A stretch of DNA of 63,742 bases, filler included, from Asterionella formosa (Eukaryota), in the NCBI GenBank assembly GCA_002256025.1. It is 3 parts of 3 records of this genome, joined end to end, with 100 filler letters (N's around TTAATTAATTAA, not from the genome) between each part and the next. Parts side by side here need not be neighbours in the genome. Positions count along the whole stretch, not along the records: positions 1 to 30,831 come from NKIB01000801.1; 2 more parts are not named here. One strand, written 5' to 3'. This document shows, in pieces, positions 13,899-27,280 of this stretch. Below the pieces are notes generated by a model. The model saw only the letters and a list, made by a program, of their open reading frames with translations, made no database searches and was not told the DNA's origin. The position numbers and the translations under genes are program-made. Position 1 is the first letter of the stretch. Each line of letters opens with the position of its first letter.

Positions 13899-15091
13899 CT
13901 ACTCTTCATCATCTTCGATTTCTTCTTCGTCTTCGATTAGATTGTCCAACATCGCCGCAAGTGCATCTTCCTCGTTCAAGTCAGCATCAATTTTGGGTTC
14001 GTCCTCTTTATCCAGCGACTTGAGGAGATCATCAAGAGATTGCATCTTGGGTTTGTCAATATTCTCCTTGGATTCCTGTGACGTGTCCGACAAGAGAGTA
14101 CCAGCATAAAGATCCTTCAAAAAGTCGCCTTGAGCAGCCACGAATCCGTCAAACTCAGACGGCTGAGTGATGGCCCAATAGCAGAATGAAAAGAAGGCTA
14201 TGAAAACACCAATGCGGTATGGAAGCTGCCCATCCCGTGTTTTCTCAAAAGTATAAATGGGCTTGAAAGAGTCCACAAAAGAAAGTGACTCATCAAACAA
14301 GTTAGGAAGGAACCAGAAATCGTATCCTAAGATCCAAACCATAAGAAAGGCAAACGCTCGAACCGTAATCAAAAAGAAGATAAAGATTAACAAAGTAACC
14401 GACATGTACCAAACAAAGACCTTCAGAAAGGTGGGCCAAATAGGGAAGCAAGTGCAAAAGAGGAATCCCATCACTAAAGCAGCTGTCATCAGGTGGCTAT
14501 TAGTCTTGTCTCCTTCATAAATCCAAGTAAAGTACCCGGCTTCGTCGAAGTCTCGAACACGGGAAACCTAAAATCAATTGAAAAGGACAGGGTAGTGAGC
14601 GATCCGAAATGTTGTTGTGCCAAAGATAAACATCAAATTATAAACTCACCGCAAGTTTTCCCTTTCCTTGCTTTTCGGATCGGTGCAAGTATTGAAATTT
14701 ACAAAGGTCTTTGCAGACAGCAATGGCTTGCGTTCGATTCTCAAAGCGGGGCAAATTCGAAGGCCACTTTGTCCCTTTCTTGGGCTCGACAAGAAAGTTT
14801 ACAAGCTTTTCACCTGCAAAAATGTTTAACCAGAACAATTTAATTCAGCAAAACACCACTATGGAACTGATAGAAGAACCAGTCACAACACATGCCTTTT
14901 TCTGAGAGCTGCAACGTGTACGTGGTGGCTCGAAACAGCGTACCTTTCAGGTAATAAACTCTTTTGTCCATTTCAACGGCCTCTCGAACCGGCGGCCCCT
15001 GATTACTACGAAGAAAATTGCATAGTTTCGTGAGGTGTACCTCTTCCTCATAAAAGGAAAGCGCCTCCTTCTTTCCGTCTGCTTCCGCCAT
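13899..15091 (-). CDS. SEC62: Translocation protein SEC62; exons 15091-14944, 14813-14650, 14567-13899
   Basis: KRVYYLKGEKLV, YFTWIYEGDK, CTCFPIWP, two TM helices and DFWFLPNLFDESLSFVDSFKPIY. GT-AG introns 14814-14943 and 14568-14649. Confidence 0.95.
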
Positions 15092-15204
15092 GGTTGCAGT
15101 TTTGATTTCTTCTCGCTGGCAACGACAGATCGGTGGTGCGTATGTACGGTATAAACTTGGTATATTTTTGTACTACGTGATGGCAGTGCTGGTATGGCAC
15201 GAGG

Positions 15205-15311
15205 CACCTGGTACCTGGTACCAGGTACTGGTACTCCCCAGGTTATCAGGGTACCGGTACCAGTACCCCTACAGTACCTGGTACCTGATTCTAGGTGGTA
15301 CCAGGGTACCA
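15205..15311. repeat. GGTACC(A)/TGGTACC heptamer cluster upstream of SEC62
   Basis: At least seven GGTACC sites within ~105 bp, 115-220 bp 5' of the ATG. Confidence 0.85.
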
Positions 15312-16329
15312 TCACACTAATTACCATGATCGAAATTTCCCACCACACCATACATCATCACAAGTTTTTCGGGCCGTTGAAATTGTGGTTTCCGCCTTTC
15401 CATTTGCTAACCGTTATGCATCATACATAGTACCAACCCCGATATATGTAGCTTACTAGTACCAGGTACAAGGGTACGAAATGTACATTACCAGGAACAT
15501 TACCAGGAAGCTCCAGTGGTGGACATTCTATGCGCACCTTACCAGTTTCGACGCACTCCCAATGATTCGTCTCATGCCTGCCAAACAAGATAGGCCAGCT
15601 TTCGATGGAAATAATAATCCTTTAGTAATTTAGGAAAAGGTTACTCTTTCAGGACAAGCAATCAAGTTCATCTCATTAGGATGGATGGGGAACTATTTGC
15701 TAAGGAAATGTTGAAAACACAACTCCCTTTACTGCACATCTCTTTTGAACCAACAGGAGTGTATACATTGTCGCAAAATAGCTTACTAATGCTCAAAATC
15801 TAAAACAATTTGCTAACATCTGATACTAATTGTAACTGCCTGAAACAATCTTTGTACCTATTTCATCCTAAATTCTTGTACATTAAACTGTTTTACACTA
15901 TTGTTCTTCTAATTGACTTATTTTGAACTGAAAATTTTCACTCAAATTGATTTGGCAAATGGTGAATCATGGATTTATCCCAAGCATTTTGATTAAACCA
16001 TAGCTGCTCCATCATATATCTGTATCCACTAACATGAGCAAATTACCACAACTTTCCAGTCATGGAGGTGCTTGGTCATCAAAATATCTACCAGTTCATG
16101 GCATGTATTATAGTGCTCACTTATGACTTTTGGTAGGGGGATCACTTATTTCATTCTGCCACATCAACTGTGTTCATATGTAAAGATAACTTCTTATTAT
16201 GTTACTGACAGTAGTAAAGGATGAGCTTGGAGAATAAAGTTTGTATATCCAATCTTAGCAAGCATGCATTTTGATGAGTCTAAACCAGACAACAGAATAG
16301 CCATTCCATTCATATATCTCATCATCCTT

Positions 16330-17722
16330 TTAGATTCTTGTCTTGCTTGCCTTGCAGTCAACCCAAAACCGAGGCTCCCCTTTCTCCTTGATAAAAACAG
16401 CACCACTCTGCTTCAAGAACCTTTTCGTCTCATCTAAGTCCTCAAAGTTGAGGCTAGTCCTAAATTGCTCAATACCAATACTTGGACGATAGGATGCCAC
16501 TATTCGTTCATACGCTGCATCACGAACTCGTTTGACAAGAAAATCCATCAGAAACGCGGAAAGATGAGGAGCAGTGTCATATAGTTGAAAAAAATGTCGA
16601 TAGTCATTGTGAATGACTGCCTTGGCAACCTGTATAGCATGTAGACAGCTTGAAAGCGTCTGGGAGGAACTGTCCTTTGTTTTCTCCTTTACCGTCAAGC
16701 GGGTTTCATTCAAAGACATGTTTACATCCGCATTCTGCACCAACGCATACAATAGTCGATATCCCCCAAACTCGTCTTTTCTCTCGTCTGTTTGCGACAG
16801 GAGAAGTTTCATGTCCCCATCGTCTTCATATCCAAGTAGCTCAGTATCGTCCAAAAAATCACCGCCTATCGATTCTGCAACTCCAGTCGTTAAAGAATGA
16901 ATCATGGTTTGACATTGATTGAACTCATTCAAGTCGCCGTGCTCCAACAGAATCCTAGCATGAGTCTCGTAAACTTCCAGTACGAAAGCAGATTTTAATC
17001 CTTGTACCGTTATGTCTTGTCGCACACTTTTCAATTGTTCATTGGCCCAAGTAAAATCTTCGTCCTTCAGGTACTGTTCTTTTATATGCTTCAACGACTG
17101 CCTTAAGACGTTGAGAGGTCGGACGTCTTCAGCCTTAGGAAACATTGTCAAACGGAAGTATGGTTTTTCAAGGTGTCGATTTCTTCCTACTAGATTAACG
17201 CTTTGTCGCGATCGCTTCTTCTTGGGCTCGCCGGGAATACGAGATGATGACAGGGCCGACGAAATGCTTTTTAGAAGGGCATCGTCCTCGTCTGATGATT
17301 TTTCTTCCTTGTGACTGTTCTGGACACTCTGATTTGCTGAAAATCTCATCTAGAAGGGAGCAAAAATTGGATATGAATGCAAAATAATTTTGATCGCTTC
17401 GCTGTGCATATCAGTGTTCGGGTTACTATTCGAAAACAGTAGCTACAATACTCACCTCTCGTTCTTTCCGACGTTTCTTCTCGTCCTTCGTGACCTTCAC
17501 TTTGAACGAATTTCCAGCTTGACTAAACCATCCTGACGTATTCTTTACCTTGATTCCTTCGTCTCCAAGGCATTCTTTATATAATACAGGCATTTTGTCG
17601 AGTTTTTGTGACTGTCGACACTTCGCACTCGACGCCCTTAATTCCATATCCAAACCGTCTGGTTCGACATCATCAAGTAATACTGTCGTAGATATTTTCT
17701 TACGCTTGTTTTTGATCTTCAT
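16330..17722 (-). CDS. LENG8: SAC3/GANP/THP3 family protein (LENG8-like); exons 17722-17456, 17349-16330
   Basis: LEKPYFRLT..P...VRP..VL, EQLKSVRQDITVQ, VYETHARILLEHGDLNEFNQCQT. GTGAGT...TAG intron 17350-17455. Start codon uncertain. Confidence 0.88.
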
Positions 17723-19914
17723 AGTAGTAGCGGATTCAACTTACCTTTCACGAGAAATTGTTATAAATATCTTGATATGTGTTCGCCCCTGCCTCGTCTA
17801 TATATACCAGTACGCTTCAACAATTTATGTCGGTATTGCGGTATTAGACAAGCAACTGGATAAACATTCCAAAGGAAGAGAAGCGAAACGAAATTACAGA
17901 ACTGAAAACAAAGGATAGAATTCACGGAATGCACATGCATCGTTTTCAATCCTCGCAGTACAGCAAGCAACGGTCAACAAACGTGTAGACAAGTAGGGTA
18001 ATTTGTGCTAAATACCGGTATATAGGTAGACTAGAAATTGACGACCCATTGAAAAATAGATCCGGTAGCGTACCGGTAGTGTAATAGGCATAGTACTAGG
18101 TTCATTAGCTATAACTCCAGCAACTCTTTTTTTGCTCGATATTTGCCTTGCTAAATGCTGACTCAATTGAGACGTGGCATGTTCTGACATACTTAACATT
18201 TATCAGCACCTATACCTGCATCCATGACTACACAAATCAATTCTCAGTTGATAAAAGACTTTTATCACATCTTTTGCTTCAATTAGTAAGCATTATATTG
18301 TCCTATTCGTTATAGTATTTGTAGTGCAGCTACTGTGAAAGTGTCAAATCTGTTTATTTATCATTGCCATTTTGAATTGTGAACCTCTTAATTCCATGAA
18401 AATGTCGCCAACAGTGACTTCAATTTTCGTTGTCAATATTAGTGCAATTACAATCATTCTTTGACAATTGTCTTGTCTATGTTGAGCTTGATATATGAAT
18501 TGAATAGCAAAGCGTTGTTCGTAGTTTTAGTCGAGATATTCGCTATTTTCGTCTTGGTCAAGGCTGAGATGATATGAAGGATTCTCCAGCTGATCACAAC
18601 AACTACACTCTAGTGTTTATATATATATAAGTCTCGCATAATCGCAGCTGAAGCTCGGACAAGGGCTACCTTGGGTACCCTTTGCATGATTCTAGCCAAT
18701 CCGGTAGTAAGATAATTACAGTTGATAGAAGCTATACTACCTGTGAGGATGGGAGAAAATGAAGCCTTTAGCTTAGTACACGCCAGCCAGTACCAAAGGC
18801 AGGCAAAAACTCTAGTGGCGCCTTTGAGACTCCAAAACTCGTCCAGGTAATGGTGAGGACAGGCAATGTGTTTGAGCGGTGTACCATTACCTGGTACTCC
18901 CTCAGTCCAATATTAGCTGCATCGATTTTCTGAACACCACGTGTCAGCCGGAGAATGGGATGGTGAGTGTGGATTGAGTTTAAAGATTTCCATTTTAGCC
19001 CCACTTCTGGTGATTCAATTTATAAAGTCTCCATAACAATTGGTAATTCCAGGCTTACAACTCATTATTTTTGTCTTTGTCTTCATTGTATTTGTTATCA
19101 ATAAAATTATTGCTTACAGGCACAGAACTTAACTATATTCAAATACCTCTCCAGCAATTTCCCAATGACATTTATTGTCACCAAGACCTCATCTCAAAGC
19201 TTGGTCCAAATGTGCTCATCACCATAGCAGCAGAAGACGGCAAAGCAAAAGAGGAAAAAGATCGCTCAAATCAACGCATCTAACTGTGACAGCAGTGATG
19301 ATGTCGAAGAAGCAATAATGTCAATCAAAGAAAGAAGGGTCTGCTGTGAAACTGCTGTAGGCAGAAGATAAAGCCAAAGAATACGCTTTGGATCACACAA
19401 GAAACATGAAACTAGCACAGCAACAAGATCCAGTGTTCGCTTCACTTCTAAAGGAAGGAAACGGTCAAACAAAGCAATAATTAAATTAGAAGAATTCTTT
19501 AATACGAAACAAAGCTGCGCCATCACCATGGAAAAAAGACATCGCTCGGGTTTGGTCACAATGATACAAGCAGTACTAGAAAGGCATCATATTCAATGTG
19601 GCGCAACCCAACAAGGCGCTAAAAGGAAGTGATTTCACAACAAGAAAAATGAAGAAAACCAAGGCAGTTATGGTGGCAAACCATGATTGTGATGATGTGG
19701 CTATGGCGATGCCGTCAAAATCTGAGATATTTGTGGTGAAGCTCGCCAAAGCAAGGGAAACAGTGCACAACTGCAAGGACAAGAACGAGATACTAGTAAT
19801 GCAACAAGAAATAACAGCAAATTTAGCATTTATGTTGATTATCAAGGTTGTAAAAGAAAAAAATCAAGCAAAACTTCATTATATCCCAGAACACAGGATG
19901 TCGATATAAAGAAA

Positions 19915-20370
19915 GAAAGAGACTTGAATTCAATCCAGTAAGGAAAGAAAATGGCAAAATTAGGACACAAAGCAAAAGTTCATTTTATAAAGTAACAATC
20001 GATAGTGACAGTGTGATCAAAGAGGCGCCTCCAAGCACACCAGTGAACCCAAAAGCATGAAGTATCCAGCAGAATGATTGGAATGAATCTCAAATTTATG
20101 AACAAGAGTTGAATTCAATCCTGAATGGAAAGAAAACGGCAAACATATTGACAACAAGTGGGAAGACATTAGATACAGGAACAATTGATATTGACATGAG
20201 ATTGAGAAGACGTCTCAAAGCGCACAAGTGAACATCTCAGCAGTTATCATCAAGCAGACGTTATTAACTTGCCACAGAAACAACAAGAGTTGAATTCTGT
20301 CCTGTAAGGAAAGAAAACTGCAAACATAATGACACTGGCTCCAATATTTACAAAGTTGGCATAGGAGAAT
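19915..20370 (+). repeat. Degenerate ~183-bp tandem repeat, 2.5-3 units
   Basis: ttgaattc..tcc....ggaaagaaaa..gcaaa at 19924, 20109 and 20290. Confidence 0.75.
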
Positions 20371-22969
20371 ACCGGATTATCGATGGAGAAGCTAATTTCC
20401 ATGAAAATGAAGGTATGCATCTTCCATCAAAAATTTCGAAAACCATTCGATATAAAGCACAAAAATACTTTAAAGATAGGACCAACTATCGCCCCAAAAA
20501 AGGCACATCAGTGTGGCCAAGTACTTGGCCACAAAAGCACCACTAATATCAACACTTTCTTCATAGGTCATTTGACAAGGTGAAGAATTGACACACTCAA
20601 GCGCCTTCTGTACCACAAAGCACCAATCTGCACTCACTTACACCTTTAAAGGCAGTCGACAAGGTGTTCCCACAACCACCATCCCCGATTGACAGCTCCA
20701 GAATTCAACATGTATGCTATGTTGTTATCAGGAGGGTTAGAATTTTCTAAACCCAGGCTGTTCACCCCAGGAAGTACCACACGAGCTGCCCTATCTCCAA
20801 TAGAGAGCTTTAGTGCGTTATATAAGTGAAGTTATTATAATATTTACTGGACAGGCTTTTGCGATTTATACATTCTCTTAATCATTGTTTGAAATTGTTA
20901 GTTTTGAGTCAGCCATGATTGACGCAATCCAGTGATATATATTCTGTGCAAGTCTTATTCTTCCAAATGCAAAAATGCTACATCTGGAAATTTCTATGAC
21001 TTTCCGGAAAATTCAACAAGATGTAAGGAAATGTCATCGAATTTTGCTGTGCAATCACTTTCAAAAGTGATCGAAACAACCAATAATCAACTGACGGTTC
21101 GAAAGGCGTTATATTTGGTTTTAAAATTTGAATGTAATTGTATACCAGTTTAAATTTCATGACATTATGGTAATAGTACTCCAATCTCCTGTGGTTGCAA
21201 GTATGTTCATCGCTTTTTAAGAGGGTAAGCCTGCACTCGCTTGTAAAGGCAATTTTATCAACATTACTACTTTTCTAGGACACAAATGAAGGCACTGTTC
21301 TACCAGCATTGTTGTGGCTTGGAAGAATCGAATTTTCGTTTCACTGAATCATGCTAACATGAATCTAAGACATTCTCTACCCACACCATGATGACATATG
21401 CACCTGCTGTCTGGCACCATGTTGTCCATTTCAGGAAAATGACCATAACTTGCAGGTACTAGTGTTCTACTGGTAATACCGAAAACTATATATACCCAGT
21501 GGTCCATAGCTAAGGGGCGATCTAAAGAACAGCAATACAAATTAATTTTCTTGCATCTTGAAGAATATCGAATCTTTACAGCAGTAAATTTCACAATAAT
21601 TTCGCAGTATCAGCAAAACAATTATCCATTTTCTTCATGTCTCCCCAAACATGTGCATCAGACTCAGCGAACTTCTAGCAATTTGTTATAGTCACCACTT
21701 CTACTGCGCTTCTTTTTTACGACCTATTGCGATTGCACAATTTTTTTCAGCTGCAAGTGAATCATCATTCGACCTAATTTGTTTATGGTGCCAATGCTGA
21801 GTCTCTCTGGGCATATTATAATGGAGTCCAGCTACTGGAGGCATCTTCTTTTAATAATCAGCGAGGGCAGGGTTGTGGCCAAAGTAGAGGTGGAAAATCA
21901 AGCAGACACACCAGCCATCAACAAATCCGATGCCATGACAGTACACATTGCACCATAGCAGAGCTTTACCTACATGACTGATCTGTGTTATGATGACAGT
22001 GCCAAGGCAGCGTGCAAAGCATCTGTGGTGCTGGCGTTGCAAGAAGGTCACCCTACAAGAATTGCTATCCCATTCTTGTTGAAGGCAAGCAATGAAAGTT
22101 ATTGACTCCAGCCACATTTAGTTGATGCCAATCAAGCAAACAGGGCTAGCCTTCGAATTTCACACAGTTGGGGAGAACAAGCAATTGATCTCATATGATT
22201 GACCTATCAGAGAAAATTTCCTGATCTTTCCAAAATTGGGCTTCTTTGGCCAAATTTTCCAAAACCACCTATTCTATGGTATGGTTTCAAAGTTGTTGGG
22301 ATCATTTGACATACTGATAGGTACTGCCCTCGCTTGTGATGCATGATGTTGCAAATCTCAAAATAGAATATATAGAAGCATTTCAATAAATGATGGACTT
22401 TTTACTGGCAAACTATGTTTGTAACTGTAGGGTGACCCCATTTGTTAATATTCATGATGATCATACTGGTAACATACAATACAGACTACATATGTATTAT
22501 AGCTTGTAACTACTGTGATGGTGGACAATGCTATACAGAATATGCCAGTACATATATATGTATATAATAGTTAGTAACTACAATACCAGTATTTTTTCAA
22601 ATAATCCCAATGACTTTTGGAATCTTTTTTTGGCCGATATGTTTATTATCCCACCATTGTTTGTATAAATGGCATCATTGGCTAAAATAATCTTCTCAAG
22701 ACAGAGTTGGTAAAATAATCTTCTCAATACAGAGTTGGCTGCATCGTCTCTTCATATATCATTTGCTCAAAGGTCCGATCAAAAGAATTAATCGCTGAAA
22801 ATAAGCAGAAGGCCGCGTCTTCTAAATGTACATAATTAAATCAATCATCAAATCTATTTTGTAGGCAAACCTTGTTCTCGAGATCGAAAGGAACCAATAA
22901 ATGGTAATCGAAGAGATGGACTGCGGTTGTCGATGGACCGACAGGAAAGTCTCAGACAAAACATCATAC

Positions 22970-23379
22970 TTACCCGTTTCCTGCGGCACTGACCTGCAAA
23001 CGAATGAATTGATTATGAAGAGCATTGAGTTAAACTGAAACCGGGGTTTGATTGAGCCAACCCATGACAGCACACTTACTCTTGGGATATCATTGAGCTC
23101 TGTTAGGTTTCCAAGTTTTTCGTTGAACTCTTCAACTCGTTCTCGATGACTCTTCTTGGCCACCGATTCCAGTTCTTTTTTGGCGCGTTCCTCCTTATAA
23201 CGAAGCGCTTTGCGCTCGGCCTCGGTAAGAGAGTCGTCATCTGCCGGGAGTGCAATAATTTCGTTTTTCAATTTCTGATCCACAATCTTGTGTTTCGATT
23301 TCCGGTTCTTCTTCTTCGTTTTTGTCGACTTTTCTCCCTTGAAAGAAAGAGCGCCTCCTATGAATGCTGGTGGTGCCAT
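22970..23379 (-). CDS. FAM32A: FAM32A/DUF1754 family small basic protein; exons 23379-23080, 22993-22970
   Basis: GGALSFKG, LTEAERK and KSHRERVEEFNEKLGNLTELNDIPRVS. Splicing intron 22994-23079 gives C-terminus VSAAGNG*. Confidence 0.88.
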
Positions 23380-23774
23380 AAGGGAATTCTCCTCCTTTTC
23401 TTCTTGCCTCTGCTCGTCACTTGAGTTTACTTTTCGACCTGTGCATGTAACAAAACACAACATGCGAAACTGACTTACCAGTACCTGGTAGTGTAACCTG
23501 GTACTACCGGTAGGAGCATACCGCCAGCGGAGCGGAGTGACGGTCAACGAGAACTTTAGCTGTGTTTTCCTTTTATATTATATATATTAAAACCGTCTTT
23601 TACGGCAACTCCCGAGGTGTCTGATAGTGGTGCGTACCTGGTACCAGGGTATACCAGGATTACCGGTACATGCCGGTGTGCATGATCATCGGTATGTACA
23701 AGGGACAATCAGAAAACGTACTTTTAACCGTTTAACGGCAATCATTTTGGGTACTTTAATCAAACGCACTTCAA

Positions 23775-24942
23775 GGTTGCGGCCACGCTTGCAATATCTG
23801 TTTTTTCCAAATTTTTTTATGGTGTACTTCAATCTAAACAGTAAGTAGATGCAACTAAATAAAATAGTTAAAGGAAAAATTAGCTTTCACCAATATGACC
23901 ACTTTGCATCTGCTTAGATACAGTCATTGCTCAACTTAAGGGTGGTATGATCTATATAGTCTACAGATATGGTAAGGACCCCATTTCTGGAGAGAAGTGG
24001 CACAGTTATCCCTTTTGGAATCATATCTATCCAAAAAAGGGGCTACGAAGCTTTAAAAAAATCTACTAGGACTTCTCTCCAGAAGTTAACTCCTGACATT
24101 ATCGGGTAGTATATGGCTATCTATTTTATTCTTCATGAAAATCCGTAGATGTAGAGCAATCCTCCTCCAAAAAACGCGATCAGCTTTTTCAACAGTTGCC
24201 AAAATATTGGAATCGGAATTCGTACATGCAAAATATTTTCTCGTAGACTTAGAGTCTTGTGTAGGTATGGTTCGCTGAATTATTTCTCTGTCCGAAAAGA
24301 CTCCAAGAGGGTAAGTTCCTGCGTCACTACACACATTCTGATTGGTTGAATTGAATTTACTCACCTGCTCCATATTCGCTGAAGTATCCTAGTCTTGTAA
24401 AATAACGCCAGCCACACTTGAACCATCTGTATTAGATGTACTGCATACCAATATTTAAAATCAGTACTACCGGTAGTTTCATCTTGTTGTCTTCTATCAT
24501 CATGAACCAGGATTGTGTACCAGGTACTACTTGGTAGTTACTATACCGGTACTCCCGCACTGATTTATGTACCAGTGTATTCCTTTGGGCGTAGAGTAGC
24601 TAGAAACTACATACAGCAACGCAGATTCAATATAAACGTTTAAAGGACATCATGTCTTTTGTTTGATCAAGAACCATGCGCAGCCATACATATTGGCATA
24701 CTCCTTATTTATATTTATCTCTTTTGGCGTAGAGCAAAATTATGTCTACATACAGCAACGTAGATATGGTAAAGACTTTTGAATATCATTATCACTCTGC
24801 CGCCGATTCCTATTTAATTCAAATGTTCAAATGGACACTGAAGTCATGGGAACTCATAGCAGCAAACGCCGCCTTGTTCCCTGACGTTTTTACAACCCTA
24901 GCAGTGTTTTATACAAACTAGGGTTAAGCCGTGGCCGCAACC
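23775..24942. mobile_element. Non-autonomous TIR element related to 10610-11675 (Kolobok-like)
   Basis: tcaa|GGTTGCGGCCACG ... CGTGGCCGCAACC|ttca. Shares internal gctttcacca...tgcttagatacagtcattg, an internal palindrome and the subterminal aacccta...tagggtt hairpin with the 10610 element. Confidence 0.8.
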
Positions 24943-25407
24943 TTCAGCAAATCTACTTTATGCAAAACGATCCTACATCAAGCAAAACGAACGAGAGGCA
25001 AATGGCAGAATCAGCAAAACAGATTAGACTCAATATTTTAGGCTAAAAATCAAATTAAAGCTAAATATATACATTGGATTAAAAGCCGGTAGGTTTGGTT
25101 TATGAAACGGATTTCCAGAAGAGATAGATGTATCAATTAGGAATTCGATTCAGTATTGCTGGTACGAAGTCGTACGTGGAACTAGATAAAGCAAAATTAC
25201 CGCAACTTGCAGGTATGTTAATAACATTGACAACGAAAATTGAACTATCCGATAGCGCATTTTTTAATGATTAATTCATAGATTCACAGTTCAAAACGAC
25301 GATGCAATCAGCAGATTTGACACTTTCACAGTAGCTGCGCAATGGCTACTAAGATGATTAAACAATAACATGATTAATAAAAGCAAAAGATGTGAAACTA
25401 GTTATTT

Positions 25408-25480
25408 ATACCAAGTCTGGACTTGAGTCCAAAGTCTGACGCCACCAAGTCAGACTTGATGACAAATAACCACGGTTATC
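25408..25480 (+). repeat. Dispersed palindromic repeat (element end), inverted copy at 61511-61574
   Basis: ataccaagtctg...gtccaaagtctgacgccaccaagtcagacttga.gacaaataaccacggttat is nearly identical to the reverse complement of 61511-61574. Confidence 0.8.
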
Positions 25481-27280
25481 ATAATAAAGCAGTATTAATA
25501 ACCTGGTTATTTAATACCAAGTCAGAAGCACGACCGGTATTCACTATTATACAGTGATTGCCATCCATATAAACCTGATCGTAGCCATTCTTACTGGGTA
25601 CCTGGTAGCAGGTAGGGCAGCTAGCTATAATGATTGAAAGTAAATCCCATCTTCCATCAAAATCGCAAAAATAATTGGATGAATCCAAAGGCGTCGAAGT
25701 ACAATGGTTGTGGCAGCGCAAGCGCTTCATCTGATTTGGTCATTCAATCCCTGACCGGATCCATTGCCAATATGACCATTGCAAGCAACGATGCTGCCAA
25801 CACTGCCAAGGTCTCAAATCGACAGAAGACCTTAATGCAACAGGCCAAGATGAAAAATAACACAATTTATGCAATTCACAGGTGTCAATCAAGAAAAGTC
25901 GGAATTAGTTGTAAAAAATCCATCACCAACAAGGACTAATGCAAGAATTGAAAATCATCGATTTGATGTTGCCATTTTAGGCCAACTGGATCGCAGGGAA
26001 GTTTTGTTCCTGGGTCCTGAAAACTTGACTTCAAATGCCACGAGAAAAAATTCAGGAATGTATTTCTGGAATCCTTTCATCCCAAGCTCACTGCGGAATG
26101 TATGGTTCAAGAATTCGTTTGGACCTTGTCTGAAAAAGTTCCGCCAGAAATAGTGCTGGAAGGCTGTTTGCCACAGGAATGGTGGACTGTTGTAATGGAC
26201 TCAAAGCTTTTACTGAGATCTGTGGTAGTGGATGGACATACAACGCCCATTCCATATTTATTGTTGACTGATGATGGATGGTTGCCTGTTCATTTGTTGT
26301 TGGAAAATATGTAGGGAGGAAGTAGTAGTAAACCGCAAATGTAATTACAGCAGACAGCATCGGACAATGGAAACAAAGATGATTTCATGAAGCTGGCAGC
26401 TGTATGCTCTGTTCTGATTTATAATGATGAAGATAAATTTTTGGTAAGTGTTTCTTGCATTAGGATTTTCCTGTGAATGAGAAATTTTGATTCTTACAAA
26501 TTTTGAAAATCCTATTTGATTTCCTTCAGTTACAATCAACTGCCTCCCAGAAGGACCATGACATGGTTCTTCTTTCACTCTCAAATCTTGCTCACGACTC
26601 ACGCAAAGGCCAACAAGGGAAAAAACAAAAAGGCGCTTCAAATATATAAGCACATGCATTGAATTCAGGAAGCGAGATATGGATTTTTGAATACTGAGAC
26701 TACCAAAATGTTTAAGTGAATAACTTTAAGAGAAAATGCTAATTAATGGTAGAAATGGCACATGTGCATTTTTCAAAGCTCCTGAGTGAGATTCGGATCT
26801 TGTTCTACATTCTATTGGTTGTGTAATAAATATATCTCTTTCCTTTACTTCTAATTCATCATAATTTAATTATCTTCATCCAAGTCGACGTTTTTTACTT
26901 TTGACAAGTCAATTAGAACACGTTGTTCCTTGCTCACCTGCAACTTGATAGCCTGATAGATGTTTTTTTGTAAGAAAAGATACAATGATGCAATTGAATG
27001 GTGTCACCACACACTGCACACATACCAGTTGTCATTAATGTAGAATTGAATGCATCATCAACTTTGGCTACTTTGGCAACTTCAATCGGTTCAGTAATGG
27101 TTCCAAACGTAGTTTGTGAAATTTGATTCTTGTATGCAGGTTTTTTAGCTGTCAATTCAAATTCAACTGTAGGTGTGATGAAATCTTATGCCTTCACTGC
27201 AGGAATCTCAGTAGCTGATGGTGAAGATGTCAAACCTTGATTAGAAATTTGCAATGCTATTAGATAGTCGAAATTTGTTG

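Noticed and set aside
14947..15430. ORFs rich in VPGT/WYLVP/RYQV peptides (also near 10189, 11226, 31432, 36878, 42405, 54871)
   Set aside because: Translations of the GGTACCA repeats, not proteins.
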